From NCBI GenBank assembly GCA_964016885.1, contig OZ024766.1:16678001-16742000 (forward strand): DNA of 64,000 nucleotides. The letters run 5' to 3'. The DNA is from Eledone cirrhosa. Taxonomy: Eukaryota. This document shows, piece by piece, positions 11,051 through 23,807 of the stretch (its first letter is position 1; every line of letters starts with the position of its first letter). A model generated the notes under the pieces. It saw only the letters and a program-made list of their open reading frames with translations. It made no database searches and had not been told where the DNA came from. The position numbers and the translations under genes were made by a program.

Positions 11051-11911
11051 TATCTTTAACTTACTTAAAGCAATAACAAGGTACAGCTAAATATAAACTA
11101 TATTTTATAATGTAAGGTAGTGAACAAGATAATTAAATAGACGGAGGTAATTTAAATAATAAAGACAGTCATGATAACAATATATTTTATATCACATGTA
11201 ACAGTGGAATCTGGTTAATTACTGAATCGTTGTAGGGGTCACATAATTATATTATTTACACACATTAATCTAGACATTAAGTAAATCTTTGTCAACTTAC
11301 CTCCTTCACATATAATCAATGTGTTGTGTTGTTAGTTGTTACTAAACAACCAAAGAAATAATCTCTTTGTTATCAAATTAGAAGTTTCAATGTTATCAGC
11401 TTTATTTCACGACATTAACGTTGGTGTATCTTCTTCATCTTTAGTCATAAATTGATATCTTGTCAGAATGAAGTAGTGAGGCTGACTTTATGTCTTTAGC
11501 TACAGCTTTGATAGGAAATATATATATATTAGGTTGATATGTGGTCTAAAATATATATATTGTCTATAAATGACTGATAGCAGATGTTCTGGTGAAATAG
11601 TAGTTTTACTACTACAGATTGTAATGGAACTCTTAGTAGACACAATTGTAAAGTAAGAATAGATATGACAGTGTAAGACTGATGTCGGGGAATTAAAATT
11701 GTGTGTGTGTATATATATATAATTGTTACACAAGATATAATTAGATTAATTAAAGTTATAACGAAGACAGCAGGTACTCGGTGTCTTAACGAATGTTTCA
11801 ACTCTCGTACGGTGTCAAACGTTAAAAGTCCCTCACATAATTTAATACCTTCACACACATTTCCAGTCGTATTTAATTCGAGAGTGATGTGATTTATTAA
11901 AAAGAAATGTG

Positions 11912-12178
11912 ATAATTGTTTCTACTTTTTGCACAAGGCCAGCAATTACCCTAGTGTATTACTGGTACTTTATTTTATTGACCCCTTAATAATTGTTTCT
12001 ACTTTAGGCACTAGGCCAGTAAATACATCAGTGAATTAGTGGTACTATATTTTATCGACCCTGTAATAATTGTTTCTACATTAGGCACAAGGCCAGCAAT
12101 ACCCCAGTACATTACTGGTACTTTATTTTACCGACCCCGTAGGGATGAAAGGCGAAGCTAACCTCTGAGGGATTAACT
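11912..12178 (-). repeat. Tandem ~75-bp repeats of the SINE 3' half (3 copies)
   Basis: ATAATTGTTTCTAC..GGCACAAGGCCAGCAATTACC..ACTGGTACTTTATTTTATCGACCCC. 5 copies at ~22968-23377, 2 at ~33500-33690, 3 at ~42717-42982, 2 at ~55328-55517. Confidence 0.85.
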
Positions 12179-12185
12179 TTGCTTT

Positions 12186-14410
12186 TCATCCTTATCTCTA
12201 TACATATAAAAATGGACAGAGTGTGTACTTCACTGAAACCACTGCTCATCAGTTGACACCAGCACCACCTGACACTACTCTAACTGCTTTTTTGAAACAC
12301 TGCCAGAATAAAGAATTTGTTCGATCCCTCCTATATGCTGACATCCCAAAATACTACACCTGGACCAATTGTAATACTTGGAATCAAAGGAAGCAGGGTC
12401 ATTTAGTGGAAGGTGATGAAGTCAAGGCAAGTGATGCTATTGGGCATGTTTACAATGACCACCCCAACAACAGAGAGAGTTTTAATTTACAGCCATTTCT
12501 GCTTATTGTTCAAGGACCAACGTCATTTGAGGATCTCAGGTGATTTGGTGGCAGAGTGCAGCACATACCGAGAAGCATCTAAAGAACATCGACTCCTGCA
12601 TGGCAATCGACATTGGAAGAAGAGACAAGAAGGGGCAGTCCCTGGAGTAGCCAGTTAAACAAGACAGCCATGGACACCTGTATGACAACTGAGATTGGAA
12701 GAAGAGACTAGAAGGAGCAGTCACTGGAGTAGCCAGTTAAATAAGACAGCCATGGACTCCTGTATGACAACTGACATTGGAAGAAGGGACTAGAAGGAGC
12801 AGTCACTGGAGTGGTCAGTTAAATAAGACAGCCATGGACTCCTGTATGACAACTGACATTGGAAGGGACTAGAAGGAGCAGTCACTGTAGTAGCCAGTTA
12901 AATAAGACAGCCATGGACTCCTGTATCACAACTGACATTGGAAGAAGGGACTAGAAGGAGCAGTCACTGGAGTAGCCAGTTAAATAAGACAGCCATGGAG
13001 TCCTGTATGACAACTAACATTGGAAGAAGGGACTAGAAGGAGCAGTCACTGGAGTAGCCAGTTAAATAAGACAGCCATGGACTCCTGTATGACAACTGAC
13101 ATTGGAAGAAGAGACTAGAAGGGGAAATCACTGGAGTAGCCAGTTAAACAAGACAGCCATGGACACCTGTATGACAACTGAGATTGGAAGAAGAGACTAG
13201 AAGGAGCAGTCACTGGAGTAGCCAGTTAAATAAGACAGCCATGGACTCCTGTATCACAACTGACATTGGAAGAAGGGACTAGAAGGAGCAGTCACTGGAG
13301 TAGCCAGTTAAATAAGACAGCCATGGAGTCCTGTATGACAACTAACATTGGAAGAAGGGACTAGAAGGAGCACTCACTGGAGTAGCCAGTTAAATAAGAC
13401 AGCCATGGACTCCTGTATGACAACTAACATTGGAAGAAGGGACTAGAAGGAGCAGTCACTGTAGTAGCCAGTTAAATAAGACAGCCATGGACTCCTGTAT
13501 CACAAATGACATTGGAAAAGGGGACTAGAAGGAGCAGTCACTGGAGTAGCCAGTTAAATAAGACAGCCATGGGCACCTATATGACAACTAACATTGGAAG
13601 AAGGGACTAGAAGGAGCAGTCATTGGAGTAGCCAGTTAAATAAGACAGCCATGGACTCCTGTATGACAACTAACATTGGAAAAAGGGACTAGAAGGAACA
13701 GTCACTTGAGTAGCCAGTTAAATAAGACAGCCATGGACACCTGTACGACAACTGACATTGGAAGAAGGGACTAGAAGGAGCAGTCACTGGAGTAGCCAGT
13801 TAAATAAGACAGCCATGGACACCTGTACGACAACTGACATTGGAAGAAGGGACTAGAAGGAGCAGTCACTGGAGTAGCCAGTTAAATAAGACAGCCATGG
13901 ACTCCTGTATGACAACTAACATTGGAAAAAGGGACTAGAAGGAACAGTCACTTGAGTAGCCAGTTAAATAAGACAGCCATGGACACCTGTACGACAACTG
14001 ACATTGGAAGAAGGGACTAGAAGGAGCAGTCACTGGAGTAGCCAGTTAAATAAGACAGTTGTTTGCTACTATACTCACAGCATGTGGAATAAATCTCATC
14101 TACCCTGGCAGGAGCACAAAAACAATATGTCAGACGACTATCTACACCTAGCCCAAAGACGTTAGAGCAATATTTTTGTGGAATCTACCTCCAGGATTTA
14201 CAATCAACCTCTGTGCAACCTGTCCCATTGAATTCCAGCAATGAATAGCAATGCGGGATGCCAGAGCCAGAAGAAATTGAGGTAATACAATCAGTTTTTC
14301 AGGAGACAAACCATGATATTGAAGTGTTGCGTAAGTTTGTGGATGAAAATAAACCTTGACTGGTGGATGACCAGAAATATGCCTACCACAACATCTTGAA
14401 AAACATTCAA
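12186..14410 (+). pseudogene. Decayed Helitron RepHel fragment interrupted by satellite B
   Basis: NGQSVYFT..PPDTTLTAF..LLYADIPKYYTW..HPNNRE..VQGPTSFEDLR before the array; RQLFATILTACG..WQEHKNNMSDDYL..DQKYAY after it. Motifs recalled from the region N-terminal to the Helitron PIF1 helicase. Copies at ~23385-23810, 33697-35760, 42990-43410, 49506-49850, 55525-59708. Confidence 0.8.
12609..14058 (+). repeat. Satellite B, 82-bp tandem repeat (~17-18 units)
   Basis: Unit GACATTGGAAGAAGRGACTAGAAGGAGCAGTCACTGGAGTAGCCAGTTAAATAAGACAGCCATGGACWCCTGTATGACAACT. Confidence 0.95.
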
Positions 14411-14416
14411 CATGAC

Positions 14417-14555
14417 AGCACCCAGCACTCTCTGTAAATGAGGTTGGCGTTAGGAAGGGCATCCATCTGTAGAAATCAAGCCAGAATCAGTTCCCGTCCC
14501 ACCCTTGCAAGCAGGGAAAAAGCGGACGTGAAATGAAATGATGATGAATGATGAT
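14417..14555 (+). mobile_element. Short RTE-type 3' end / partner-SINE tail with GAT repeats
   Basis: GCACCCAGCACTCTCTGTAAATGAGGTTGGCGTTAGGAAGGGCATCCA..GGACGT..GATGATG matches the LINE 3'UTR at 17321-17510. Copies at ~35763-35902, 49853-49991, 59710-59849. Confidence 0.75.
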
Positions 14556-15240
14556 GTCCCTCCCATTTTTTCAATAATGTCACTTTGACGAATCAAAAGA
14601 TAAATAACAGAAAAACAGACCCCTAAAATATATTTTCCGTGCTATTTCCAACTTCACCTTTTCTCTATATATAGAGAGAGCGCGAGGACAATTTGTCATG
14701 TCTTCATTACATAGGTGCTATTTTAAATAAACATCTTTTAACGGTCTGTTCTGCTATATTTTACTTTTCCACGTATATATATATATATTTATATATATAT
14801 CAACTAGAAATTGATTGACATATAAATAAACATATGAAACAATGACAGGGGATAATTTGTAAAAGTGTATAAGCACACATAGCTAGGTAGGTAACTAAAT
14901 AAATTTAACTAGAACTTCAAAAATAGATACCTTAGAAAATTATTAATCTTCCTTGTATATATTCCATTAAAGAAATATATTTCACCAATTAATCGATTGG
15001 TAAACGACAGTAGCCAGATCTTGGATTCTCAACCAGAAAGAAGTCCAACCATCTGTGTTTACGCATCAAGTTCAAATCAGCGACTGACCAGTAACACGTG
15101 CTGTATCTACTAAAAATACACATATCATACCAGCTTCGTCCCAGTTGCGTGAATAGGGTTATTGATAACTAGAAACAGCAGTCAGGTCCTTTCAACAGAG
15201 TTATCTCTACAATTAAGAGGCCGTATTTATATATATATAT

Positions 15241-15425
15241 ATCCAAAATTAAGATAAATTAAAATAAAATTAATCTAAATCAAATTATGGGTGTCATGCC
15301 AGAAAGACAGGTGCCATATCACCCGTAAAATAAGCTCCATGGAGCTTATTTTACGGGTGATATGGCGCATGACTCCCATAATTTGATTTACATTTATTTT
15401 AGTTTAATTTATCTTAATTTTGGAT
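15241..15425. repeat. ~190-bp spacerless palindrome P2 flanked by (TA)n (MITE/foldback-like)
   Basis: Centre CCATATCACCCGTAAAATAAGCTCCATGGAGCTTATTTTACGGGTGATATGG; ends ATCCAAAATTAAGATAAA...TTTATCTTAATTTTGGAT. Copies at ~27868-28003 (right arm cut), 36596-36787, 43710-43906, 50662-50854, 60543-60734. Confidence 0.85.
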
Positions 15426-15737
15426 ATATATATATATATACAGAGAAAGAGAAGAGTAGACAAACAGACAATGACAAAGAAGTGGAATTAACTACCCCAG
15501 TATTTCACTGGTATTTCATTTATTGACCTCAAAATATCAAAGCAACTTTACCTCAGTGGGATTTGTACTCTGAGAACTAGAACAGACACTGAAAATATAT
15601 CAAGATGTGCACACATGTATATAAGAACACATATACACATACACACACACATATATACACAAATAAAGATAATCATATTCATGAACAGAAATTTCTACAC
15701 ACTGACATATACACTCATACATATATATAATATATAT

Positions 15738-17510
15738 GCCCTCACAAGTGCTGAGAAGAAAGATGCATGGAAGAGTCATTATGATAGATTACTAAATGAG
15801 GAGAATGCATGGGAAGAAGAAACCCTACCCCAAGTGCAGTAGCATCATTGTCAACTGCTACAAAGGTAAAGGCGATGCACTAGATAGAGGAAACTATAGA
15901 GGTATAAAGTTGATGGACCAGGTCATGAAAGTAACAGAAAGAGTTATAGCACAGCTGATTAGGGACCGGGTGAATATAGACGAGATGCAATTTGGGTTTG
16001 TACCAGGAAGAAGCACCACTGATGCCCTCTTCCTTGTGAGGCAGTTACAGGAAAAGTACCTAGCTAAAAGTAAGCCACTCTACTTGGCATTTGTCGACCT
16101 TGAGAAAGCCTTTGACAGAGTTCCACGTGCTGTAATCTGGTGGGCTCTTAGAAAACTAGGAGTAGATGAATGGCTTGTGAAAGCGGTACAAGCCATGTAT
16201 GGGGGAGCAGTCAGCAAAGTTAGGATTGGCAATGAGTATAGCGAGGAATTTAGCGTACAGGTTGGGGTCCACCAGGGCTCTGTTCTTAGCCCTCTCCTGT
16301 TCATCATAGTCCTGCAGGCAATAACGGAGGAGTTTAAGACCGGATGCCCATGGGAACTCCTGTATGCTGATGACCTCGCACTCATAGCTGAATCTATGTG
16401 AGAACTAGAGAATAAATTCCAAACCTGGAAGCAGGGACTAGAGAGAAAGGGTCTCAAAGTCAACATGACCAAGACTAAGGTCCTTGTAAGTAGACGAGAA
16501 AACAGAACCCAGATCCCCTCGGGGAAATGGCCTTGCTCAGTATGTAGGAAAGGTGTAGCAGCAAACAGCCACAGGAAACAAGTACCACCAATCTCTGGGA
16601 GGGCCCTGTAGAAACAGTAGACAGCTTCTGCTACCTAGGTGACCGAATTAGCAACGGAGGTGGGTGTTCAGAAAGTAAAATAACTAGGGTAAGAACGGGA
16701 TGGAAGAAGTTTAGGGAACTACTACCACTGCTAGCTGCAAAAGGCTTCTCCCTCAGAATGAAAGGCAGACTGTATGATGCGTGTATCCGAACAGCGATGT
16801 TGCATGGTAGTGAGACCTGGGCGCTGAAGGTGGAAGACTTACGTAGATTAGAGAGAAACGAAGCCTGCATGCTCCGATGGATGTGTAACAGTAATATACG
16901 TGAACGACAAAGCATAAATGAATTGAGAGAGAGACTGAGCATAAGAGGAATCAAATGCTGTGTGCAGGAGAGGCGGTTGCGCTGGTATGGACATGTGATG
17001 CGTATGAAGGATGACAGCTGCATAAAAAGGTGCAGAGCACTAGAAGTTGATGGAAACCGCGGAGTGGGGAGACCCAAGATGACCTGGGATGAGGTGATAA
17101 AAGCCGACCTTACCCAATTACACCTCTCAAAGACAATGACACACGACCGTGACTTCTGGCGTCACGCAGTAATACAGAGTACCCGACCTCCCATGGGTAC
17201 ATGCTGAAGCATATAAACAATATGCCCCCACACCCCCCACCGCAAGGTGGTCGTGGAGGTGCCACGGCAAAAAAGCACCCAGCCCACACTGTAAAGTGGA
17301 CGTGTAGGCGCCACGAAAAAGCACCCAGCACTCACTGTAAATGAGGTTGGTGTTAGGAAGGGCATCCAGCTGTAGAAATCAAGCCAGATCAGTTCCTGTA
17401 TGAGCAAGGCATGGTCAGCCGACCAGACACTGCACACAACAGGACAACCCGTCTAACCCATGCTAGCGTGGAAGAACGGACGTAAAACGGTGATGATGAT
17501 GATGATGATG
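15738..17510 (+). mobile_element. 5'-truncated RTE-clade LINE with (GAT)n tail, in a (TA)n site
   Basis: RT motifs NYRGIKL, QFGFVPGRSTTDA, DLEKAFD, QGSVLSPLLF, YADDL; C-terminal RRLRWYGHVMR..GRPKMTW; in-frame TGA at 16399; AATATATAT at both 15729-15737 and 17511-17519; absent from the other units. Confidence 0.92.
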
Positions 17511-18432
17511 AATATATATATAGGAAAATCTTTAACCCCGACGGCAGAGCTCAAGCCATTTCGACGGTTATTTCTGGACTGTTTCCAGAAATAGCCGTCG
17601 AAACGGATTGAGCTCTGCCGTCGGGGTTAAACATTTTCCTATTACCCGCTCTACTACCCTAAGTATTGAATACTCTGGTGCGTATATGGTCCATCTGGTT
17701 CTTTACCACACCTCCTTTGTTATATATATATATAAAATTATAAGAAACGAAAGGAGCTGTGTGGTTACTGTAAACAAAGTTTAAGATGGTAATATGGATG
17801 AAAGGAGAAAATAAACCCTTCATCAGCTGTAAACTGACATCTTAGATGTTTTGGCACATATATATAGAGTTTTTAAATTCTGTACCATACAGATTTGTCA
17901 GCACAAGTCTTGGTTACAACTTCTACAAATAAAATGAACGGAGAATAATTTCAGAACAAACAAGTTTTATTCAAAACATTAACAACATTGGTGGCACTAT
18001 TTTGGCTGAGTGACATGGTTTTTATCTTGTCTGATTGTGTTTGTGTTACATTAAGTAACCTTATGTTAGTACCACAACATTTAGAAAATGATTTACCACA
18101 GACAACACGGTGATATAGTTCCTCTCCTGTATATGTTAGTGTCTAGTGAAGCCACATTTAGAGAAGGATTTACTGCAGATATCACAGTGATATGATTCCT
18201 CTCCTGTATGTTAGTGTGTAGGGAAGCCACAACATTTAGAGAAGGATTTACCACAGACATCACAGTGATATGGTTCCTTTTCTGTATATGTTAGTATCTA
18301 GTGAAGCCACATTTAGAGAATGATTTACTGCAGATATCACAGTGATATGGTTCCTTTTCTGTAAATGTTAGTGCTGAGTGAAGTGACTTATTTCAGAGAA
18401 TGATTTCCCAGATATCACAGTGATATGGTTTA

Positions 18433-18528
<96 letters not shown>

Positions 18529-18665
18529 TTATGTTTGTATGTAGTTAATGTAGCAATACAAGAGAATAATTTCTCCACAATATCACAGTGGTATGGCTTC
18601 TCACTCATATGAATGTATTTGTGTCTAATTAATTTACAATTTTGAGACAATGAGATATGACTTTG

Positions 18666-20195
18666 TTATGGTTTCTTACCTGTATGGGTATATTTGTGTT
18701 TAGTTAAACTACTTAATTGAGAGAATGATTTACCACAGATATCACAGCGATATGGCTTCTCACCTGTATGGATACGTAAGTGTTTAGGTAAATAACTACT
18801 TTGAGAGAATGATTTACCACAGATATCACAGTGATGTGGCTTCTCTCCTGTATGTATACGTTTGTGAATAGTTAAATTACTACTAAAAGAGAATGATTTA
18901 CCACAGATATCACAGCGATATGGTTTTTCACCTGTATGTATACGCATGTGTGTAGTTAAGGTACTACTTTTATTGAATGATATACCACAGATATCACAGT
19001 GATATGGCTTCTCTCCTGTATGTATACGTTTGTGACTAGTTAAATTACTACTAAAAGAGAATGATTTACCACAGATATCACAGTGATATGGCTTCTCTCC
19101 TGTATGTATACGCATGTGTGTAGTTAAATGACTACTTTTATTGAATGATTTACCACAGATATCACAGTGGTATGGCTTGTCTACTGTATGTATACGTTTG
19201 TGTCTAGTTAATTTACTATTAACAAAGAATGATTTACCACAGATATCACAGCGATATGGTTTCTCTCTTGTATGTATATGTTTGTGTGTAGTTAAATGAC
19301 TACTTCGAGAGAATGATTTACCACAGATATCACAGTGGTATGGCTTGTCTCCTGTATGGGTACGTTTGTGGCTAGTTAAGGTACCACTTTCAGAGAATGA
19401 TTTACCACAGATATCACAGCGATATGGCTTCTCTCCTGTATGTATATGTTTGTGTGTAGTTAAATGACTACTTCGAGAGAATGATTTACCACAGATATCA
19501 CAGTGATATGGTTTGTCACCTGTATGGGTACGTTTGTGGCTAGTTAAGTGACTACTTAGAGAGAATGATTTACCACAGATATCACAGTGATATGGCTTCT
19601 CACCTGTATGTATACGCATGTGTGTAGTTAAGGTACTACTTTGAGAGAATGACTTACCACAGATATCACAGTGATATGGCTTCTCTCCTGTATGTATATG
19701 TTTGTGTGTACTTAAATGAGTATTTCGAGAGAATGATTTACCACAGATATCACAGTGATATGGTTTGACTCCTGTATGTGTACATTTGTGGCTAGTTAAT
19801 ATACTACTTCGAGAGAATGATTTACCACAGATATCACAGCGATATGGTTTCTCACCTGTATGGGTACGTATGTGACAAGTTAAAGTACCACTTTCAGAGA
19901 ATGATTTACCACAGATATCACAGCGATATGGTTTCTCACCTGTATGTATACGCATGTGGCTAGTTAATATACTACTTCGAGAGAATGATTTACCACAGAT
20001 ATCACAGTGATATGGCTTCTCACCTGTATGGGTACGTATGTGACAAGTTAAAGTACCACTTTGAGAGAATGATTTACCACAGACATCACAGTGATATGGC
20101 TTCTCTCCTCTATCCTTTGACATCTCTTCTGCAATAGCCATATCTTTAGACATTGTTTCACATTTAATCTTCTTTTCACTCAATATATTTTCCAT
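18666..20195 (-). CDS. C2H2 zinc-finger protein ZNF-2 (17 fingers)
   Basis: 509-aa ORF with the same leader and terminal finger ([17 protein letters not shown]) as its paralogs. Confidence 0.95.
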   Translation of the reverse strand: MENILSEKKIKCETMSKDMAIAEEMSKDRGEKPYHCDVCGKSFSQSGTLTCHIRTHTGEKPYHCDICGKSFSRSSILTSHMRIHTGEKPYRCDICGKSFSESGTLTCHIRTHTGEKPYRCDICGKSFSRSSILTSHKCTHTGVKPYHCDICGKSFSRNTHLSTHKHIHTGEKPYHCDICGKSFSQSSTLTTHMRIHTGEKPYHCDICGKSFSLSSHLTSHKRTHTGDKPYHCDICGKSFSRSSHLTTHKHIHTGEKPYRCDICGKSFSESGTLTSHKRTHTGDKPYHCDICGKSFSRSSHLTTHKHIHTREKPYRCDICGKSFFVNSKLTRHKRIHTVDKPYHCDICGKSFNKSSHLTTHMRIHTGEKPYHCDICGKSFSFSSNLTSHKRIHTGEKPYHCDICGISFNKSSTLTTHMRIHTGEKPYRCDICGKSFSFSSNLTIHKRIHTGEKPHHCDICGKSFSQSSYLPKHLRIHTGEKPYRCDICGKSFSQLSSLTKHKYTHTGKKP

Positions 20196-21719
20196 AATAA
20201 TTCTTCTTCCCTTGGCAGAATTTACAGATGTTATTCTTTAATATTTTTTATATTATATTCCTAAAAAATATTTCTTCTGTTATATTTCCCTCAATTATGA
20301 TCTCAGTTAATACCTGAAGATGATGCAAACTTCTTTGTCATTGAAGCTGAGTTAAAATACAAGATATATCTCTCGTACATATACCACACAGTGAAGAAAA
20401 GGAATTTTGTCTTTAAACTCAGTTCTGAGGAAATATATCACAGTAATTCTGATAGATTTATATAAACAGTGTTATATAAGTTCTGTTTAAAAAGTTTTAA
20501 TCTTCAAATGATGATAAATAGAGGTGATGTATCCAAGATTGAAAATAATAATTTATCCCAATGTCATCTGATATTCTGAAATGAAAAAGAAACAGTATGA
20601 GATAATAGAGAATAGTTAAGAAGCAGAGATAGATTTAACAGTAAAAATTTTACATCTATAAACCCTGGAAACTTTTTATTGAAAAATCAAATTATTTTAG
20701 TTTTTAATTAGTTACAAGAAATCTTCCTCCACACCTGCAACCAGGAGTGCATCTGGGGTTCTCTTCTCTTCAGAGAGATGGAGAGAATACTTTGCTGATC
20801 TCCCAAACCCGATCACAACAGCATCTTCGGATGTATATGAGGTGAATCTGATAGCGGTGACTAATCTCTCGGAGGCTGAGGTCACAAGAGCAATTATAGA
20901 GCTCAAATGTGACCGACTCATGTGTGTCAGATGGCCTGGGTCTCTGAAATGGCACTCAAGCAATGCAATCGAGAGTGATAATCCCAACTTATAAAAAGCG
21001 AGTCCAAGCTAGCTGATGGACAGTGCTGTTTTTTCCCTGGGTACAACATAACCCACCAAATATTCACACTGTGGCAGGTCTTTGAGAAATCGTGGGAGTA
21101 TTGCTAAGAGGTATATATTATCGTTTTATAGACCTTGAAAATGCATATGATCGCATTCTTCAGGACCTGCTGAGCATACAGGAGTTCCCATGGGCAGCCA
21201 GTCTTAAACATCTCTGTTATAGGCTGCAGGACGATAATAACTAAGTGAGGGCTAAGAACAGAGCCCTGGTGGACACCAGACTACACTCCAAATTCTTCAC
21301 TATAATTGTTTCTATTTTAAACACAAGGCCAGCAATTACCCAGTACATTACTGGTACTTTATTTTATCGACCCCGTATGGATGTAAGGCAAAGTTAACCT
21401 CGGCGGGATTTGAACTCAGATCATAAAGGGACGTAACTCTGTGCTTCAAAGCATGGTGTCCGACTCTCTACCGATACTGCCACTTCACTATAATGAATGT
21501 TAATCCTGACATTGCTGACTGCTCTTCTATACATGGCTTTATGATCCTGTATACAAGACATGTATCAGACGGTTATTCAGCTAGCTCTTTAGAGTATTAG
21601 AACCTTATTATGTACAGCCACCGAGATCCCACACCAACAGATGTCCCTTCACCATCAAAGCAGATTTAGAATAAAATAGACAAAATATTAATTTACTTGA
21701 ATTAAATAGACGTTTAAAT

Positions 21720-22219
21720 TTACATAATTAAATAGACGGAGGTAATTTAATTAATAAAAATATCTTTAACTTACTTAAAGCAATGACAAAGTACAGCTAA
21801 ATATAAACTATATTTTATAATGTAAGGTAGTGAACAAGATAATTAAATAGACGGAGGTAATTTAGATAACAAAAATATCTTTAATTTACTTAAATTAATT
21901 TACAAGGTACAGCTAAATATAAACTATATTTTATAATGTAAGGTAGTGAACCACATAATTAAATAGACGGAGGTAATTTAGATAATAAATATATCTTTAA
22001 TTTCCTTAAAGCAATAACAAGGTACAGCTAAATATAAACTATATTTTATAATGTAAGGTAGTGAACAAGATAATTAAAAAGACGGAGGTAATTTAAATAA
22101 TAAATATATCTTTAATTTACTTAAAGCAATAACAAGGTACAGCTAAATATAAACTATATTTTATAATGTAAGGTAGTGAACCACATAATTAAATAGACGG
22201 AGGTAATTTAAATAATAAA
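21720..22219. repeat. Satellite A, ~4 units
   Basis: Same 115-bp unit. Confidence 0.9.
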
Positions 22220-23807
22220 GACAGTCATGATAACAATATATTTTATATCACATGTAACAGTGGAATCTGGTTAATTACTGAATCGTTGTATGGTTCAAAT
22301 AATTATATTATTTACACACATTAATATAGACATTAAGTAAATCTTTGTCAACTTACCTCCTTCACATATAATCAATGTATTGTGTTGTTAGTTGTTACTA
22401 AACAACCAAAGAAATAATCTCTTTGTTATCAATTTAGAAGTTTCAATGTTATCAGCTTTATTTCACGACATTAACGTTGGTGTATCTTCTTCATCTTTAG
22501 TCATAAATTGATATCTTGTCAGAATGAAGTAGTGAGGCTGACTTTATGTCTTTAGCTACAGATTAGATAGGAAATATATATATATTAGGTTGATATGTGG
22601 TCTAAAATATATATATTGTCTATAAATGACTGAGAGCAGATGTTCTGGTGAAATAGTAGTTTTACTACTACAGATTGTAATGGAACTCTTAGTAGACACA
22701 ATTGTAAAGTAAGAATAGATATAACAGTGTAAGACAGATGTCGGGGAATTAAAATTGTGTGTGTGTATATATATATAATTGTTACACAAGATATAATTAG
22801 ATTAATTAAAGTTATAACGAAGACAGCAGGTACTCGGTGTCTTAGCGAATGTTTCGACTCTCGTAACGGTGTCAAACATTAAAAGTCCCTGATATAATTT
22901 AATACCTTCAGACACATTTCCAGTCGTATTTAATTCTATAGTGATGTGATTTATTAAAAAGAAATGTGATAATTGTTTCTATTTTTTGGCACAAGGCCAG
23001 CAATTACTGGTACTATATTTAATCAACCCCGTATTAACTGTTTCTACTTTAGGCACAAGGCCAGCAATTACACCAATGTATTACTGGTACTTTATTTTAT
23101 CAACCCTGTAATAACTGTTTCTACTTTAGGCACAAGGCCAGCAATTACTCCAGTGTATTACTGGTACTTTATTTTATCGACCCCATAATAATTTTTTCTA
23201 CTTTAGGCACAAGGCCAGCAATTACCCCAGTGTATGACTGGTACTTTATTTTATCGACCCCGTAATAATTGTTTCTACTTTAGGCACAAGGCCAGCAATT
23301 ACCCTAGTACATTACTGGTACTTTATAATACCGACCCCGTAGGGATGAAAGGCAAAGCTAACCTCTGAGGGATTAACTTTGCTTTTCATCCTTATCTCTA
23401 TACATATAGAAAATGGACAGAGTGTGTACTTCACTGAAACCACTGCTCATCAGTTGACACCAGCACCACCTGACACTACTCTAACTGCTTTTTTGAAACT
23501 CTGCCAGAATAAAGAATTTGTTCGATCCCTCCTATATGCTGACATCCCAAAATACTACACCTGGACCAATTGTAAGACTTGGAATCAAAGGAAGCAGGGT
23601 CATTTAGTGGAAGGTGATGAAGTCAAGGCAAGTGATGCTATTGGGCATGTTTACAATGACCACCCCAACAACAGAGAGTTTTTATTTACAGCCACTTCTG
23701 CTTATTGTTCAAGGACCAACGTCATTTGAGGATCTCAGGTGATTTGGTGGAAGAGTGCAGCAATTAACAAGAAGCATCTAAAGGACATCAACTCCTGCAT
23801 GGCAATT

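Larger units (their letters stand above)
2745..11300 (-). other. Predicted 5'UTR intron of ZNF-1 (GT-AG)
   Basis: Minus-strand donor GAG|GTAAGT at 11300 and acceptor TTTCTTTTTCATTTCAG| at 2745. Equivalent introns at 20576-22356, 31070-32889, 40414-42109, 52917-54718; unit 5 has the acceptor only (46580). No transcript evidence. Confidence 0.7.

Noticed and set aside
11500-11892. Coding first exon for the ZNF genes
   Set aside because: ORFs here are low-complexity, and an in-frame stop lies just upstream of the ZNF ATG, so exon 1 is treated as non-coding
12609-14058. Satellite B (and A) as a CRISPR-like array
   Set aside because: Monomers are contiguous with no unique spacers, there are no cas genes, and the context is eukaryotic
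12186-15000. Whole unit amplified as a Helitron that captured the ZNF gene
   Set aside because: I could not identify a 5' TC start or a 3' hairpin-CTRR end bounding the unit; the RepHel fragment is decayed and deleted in some units
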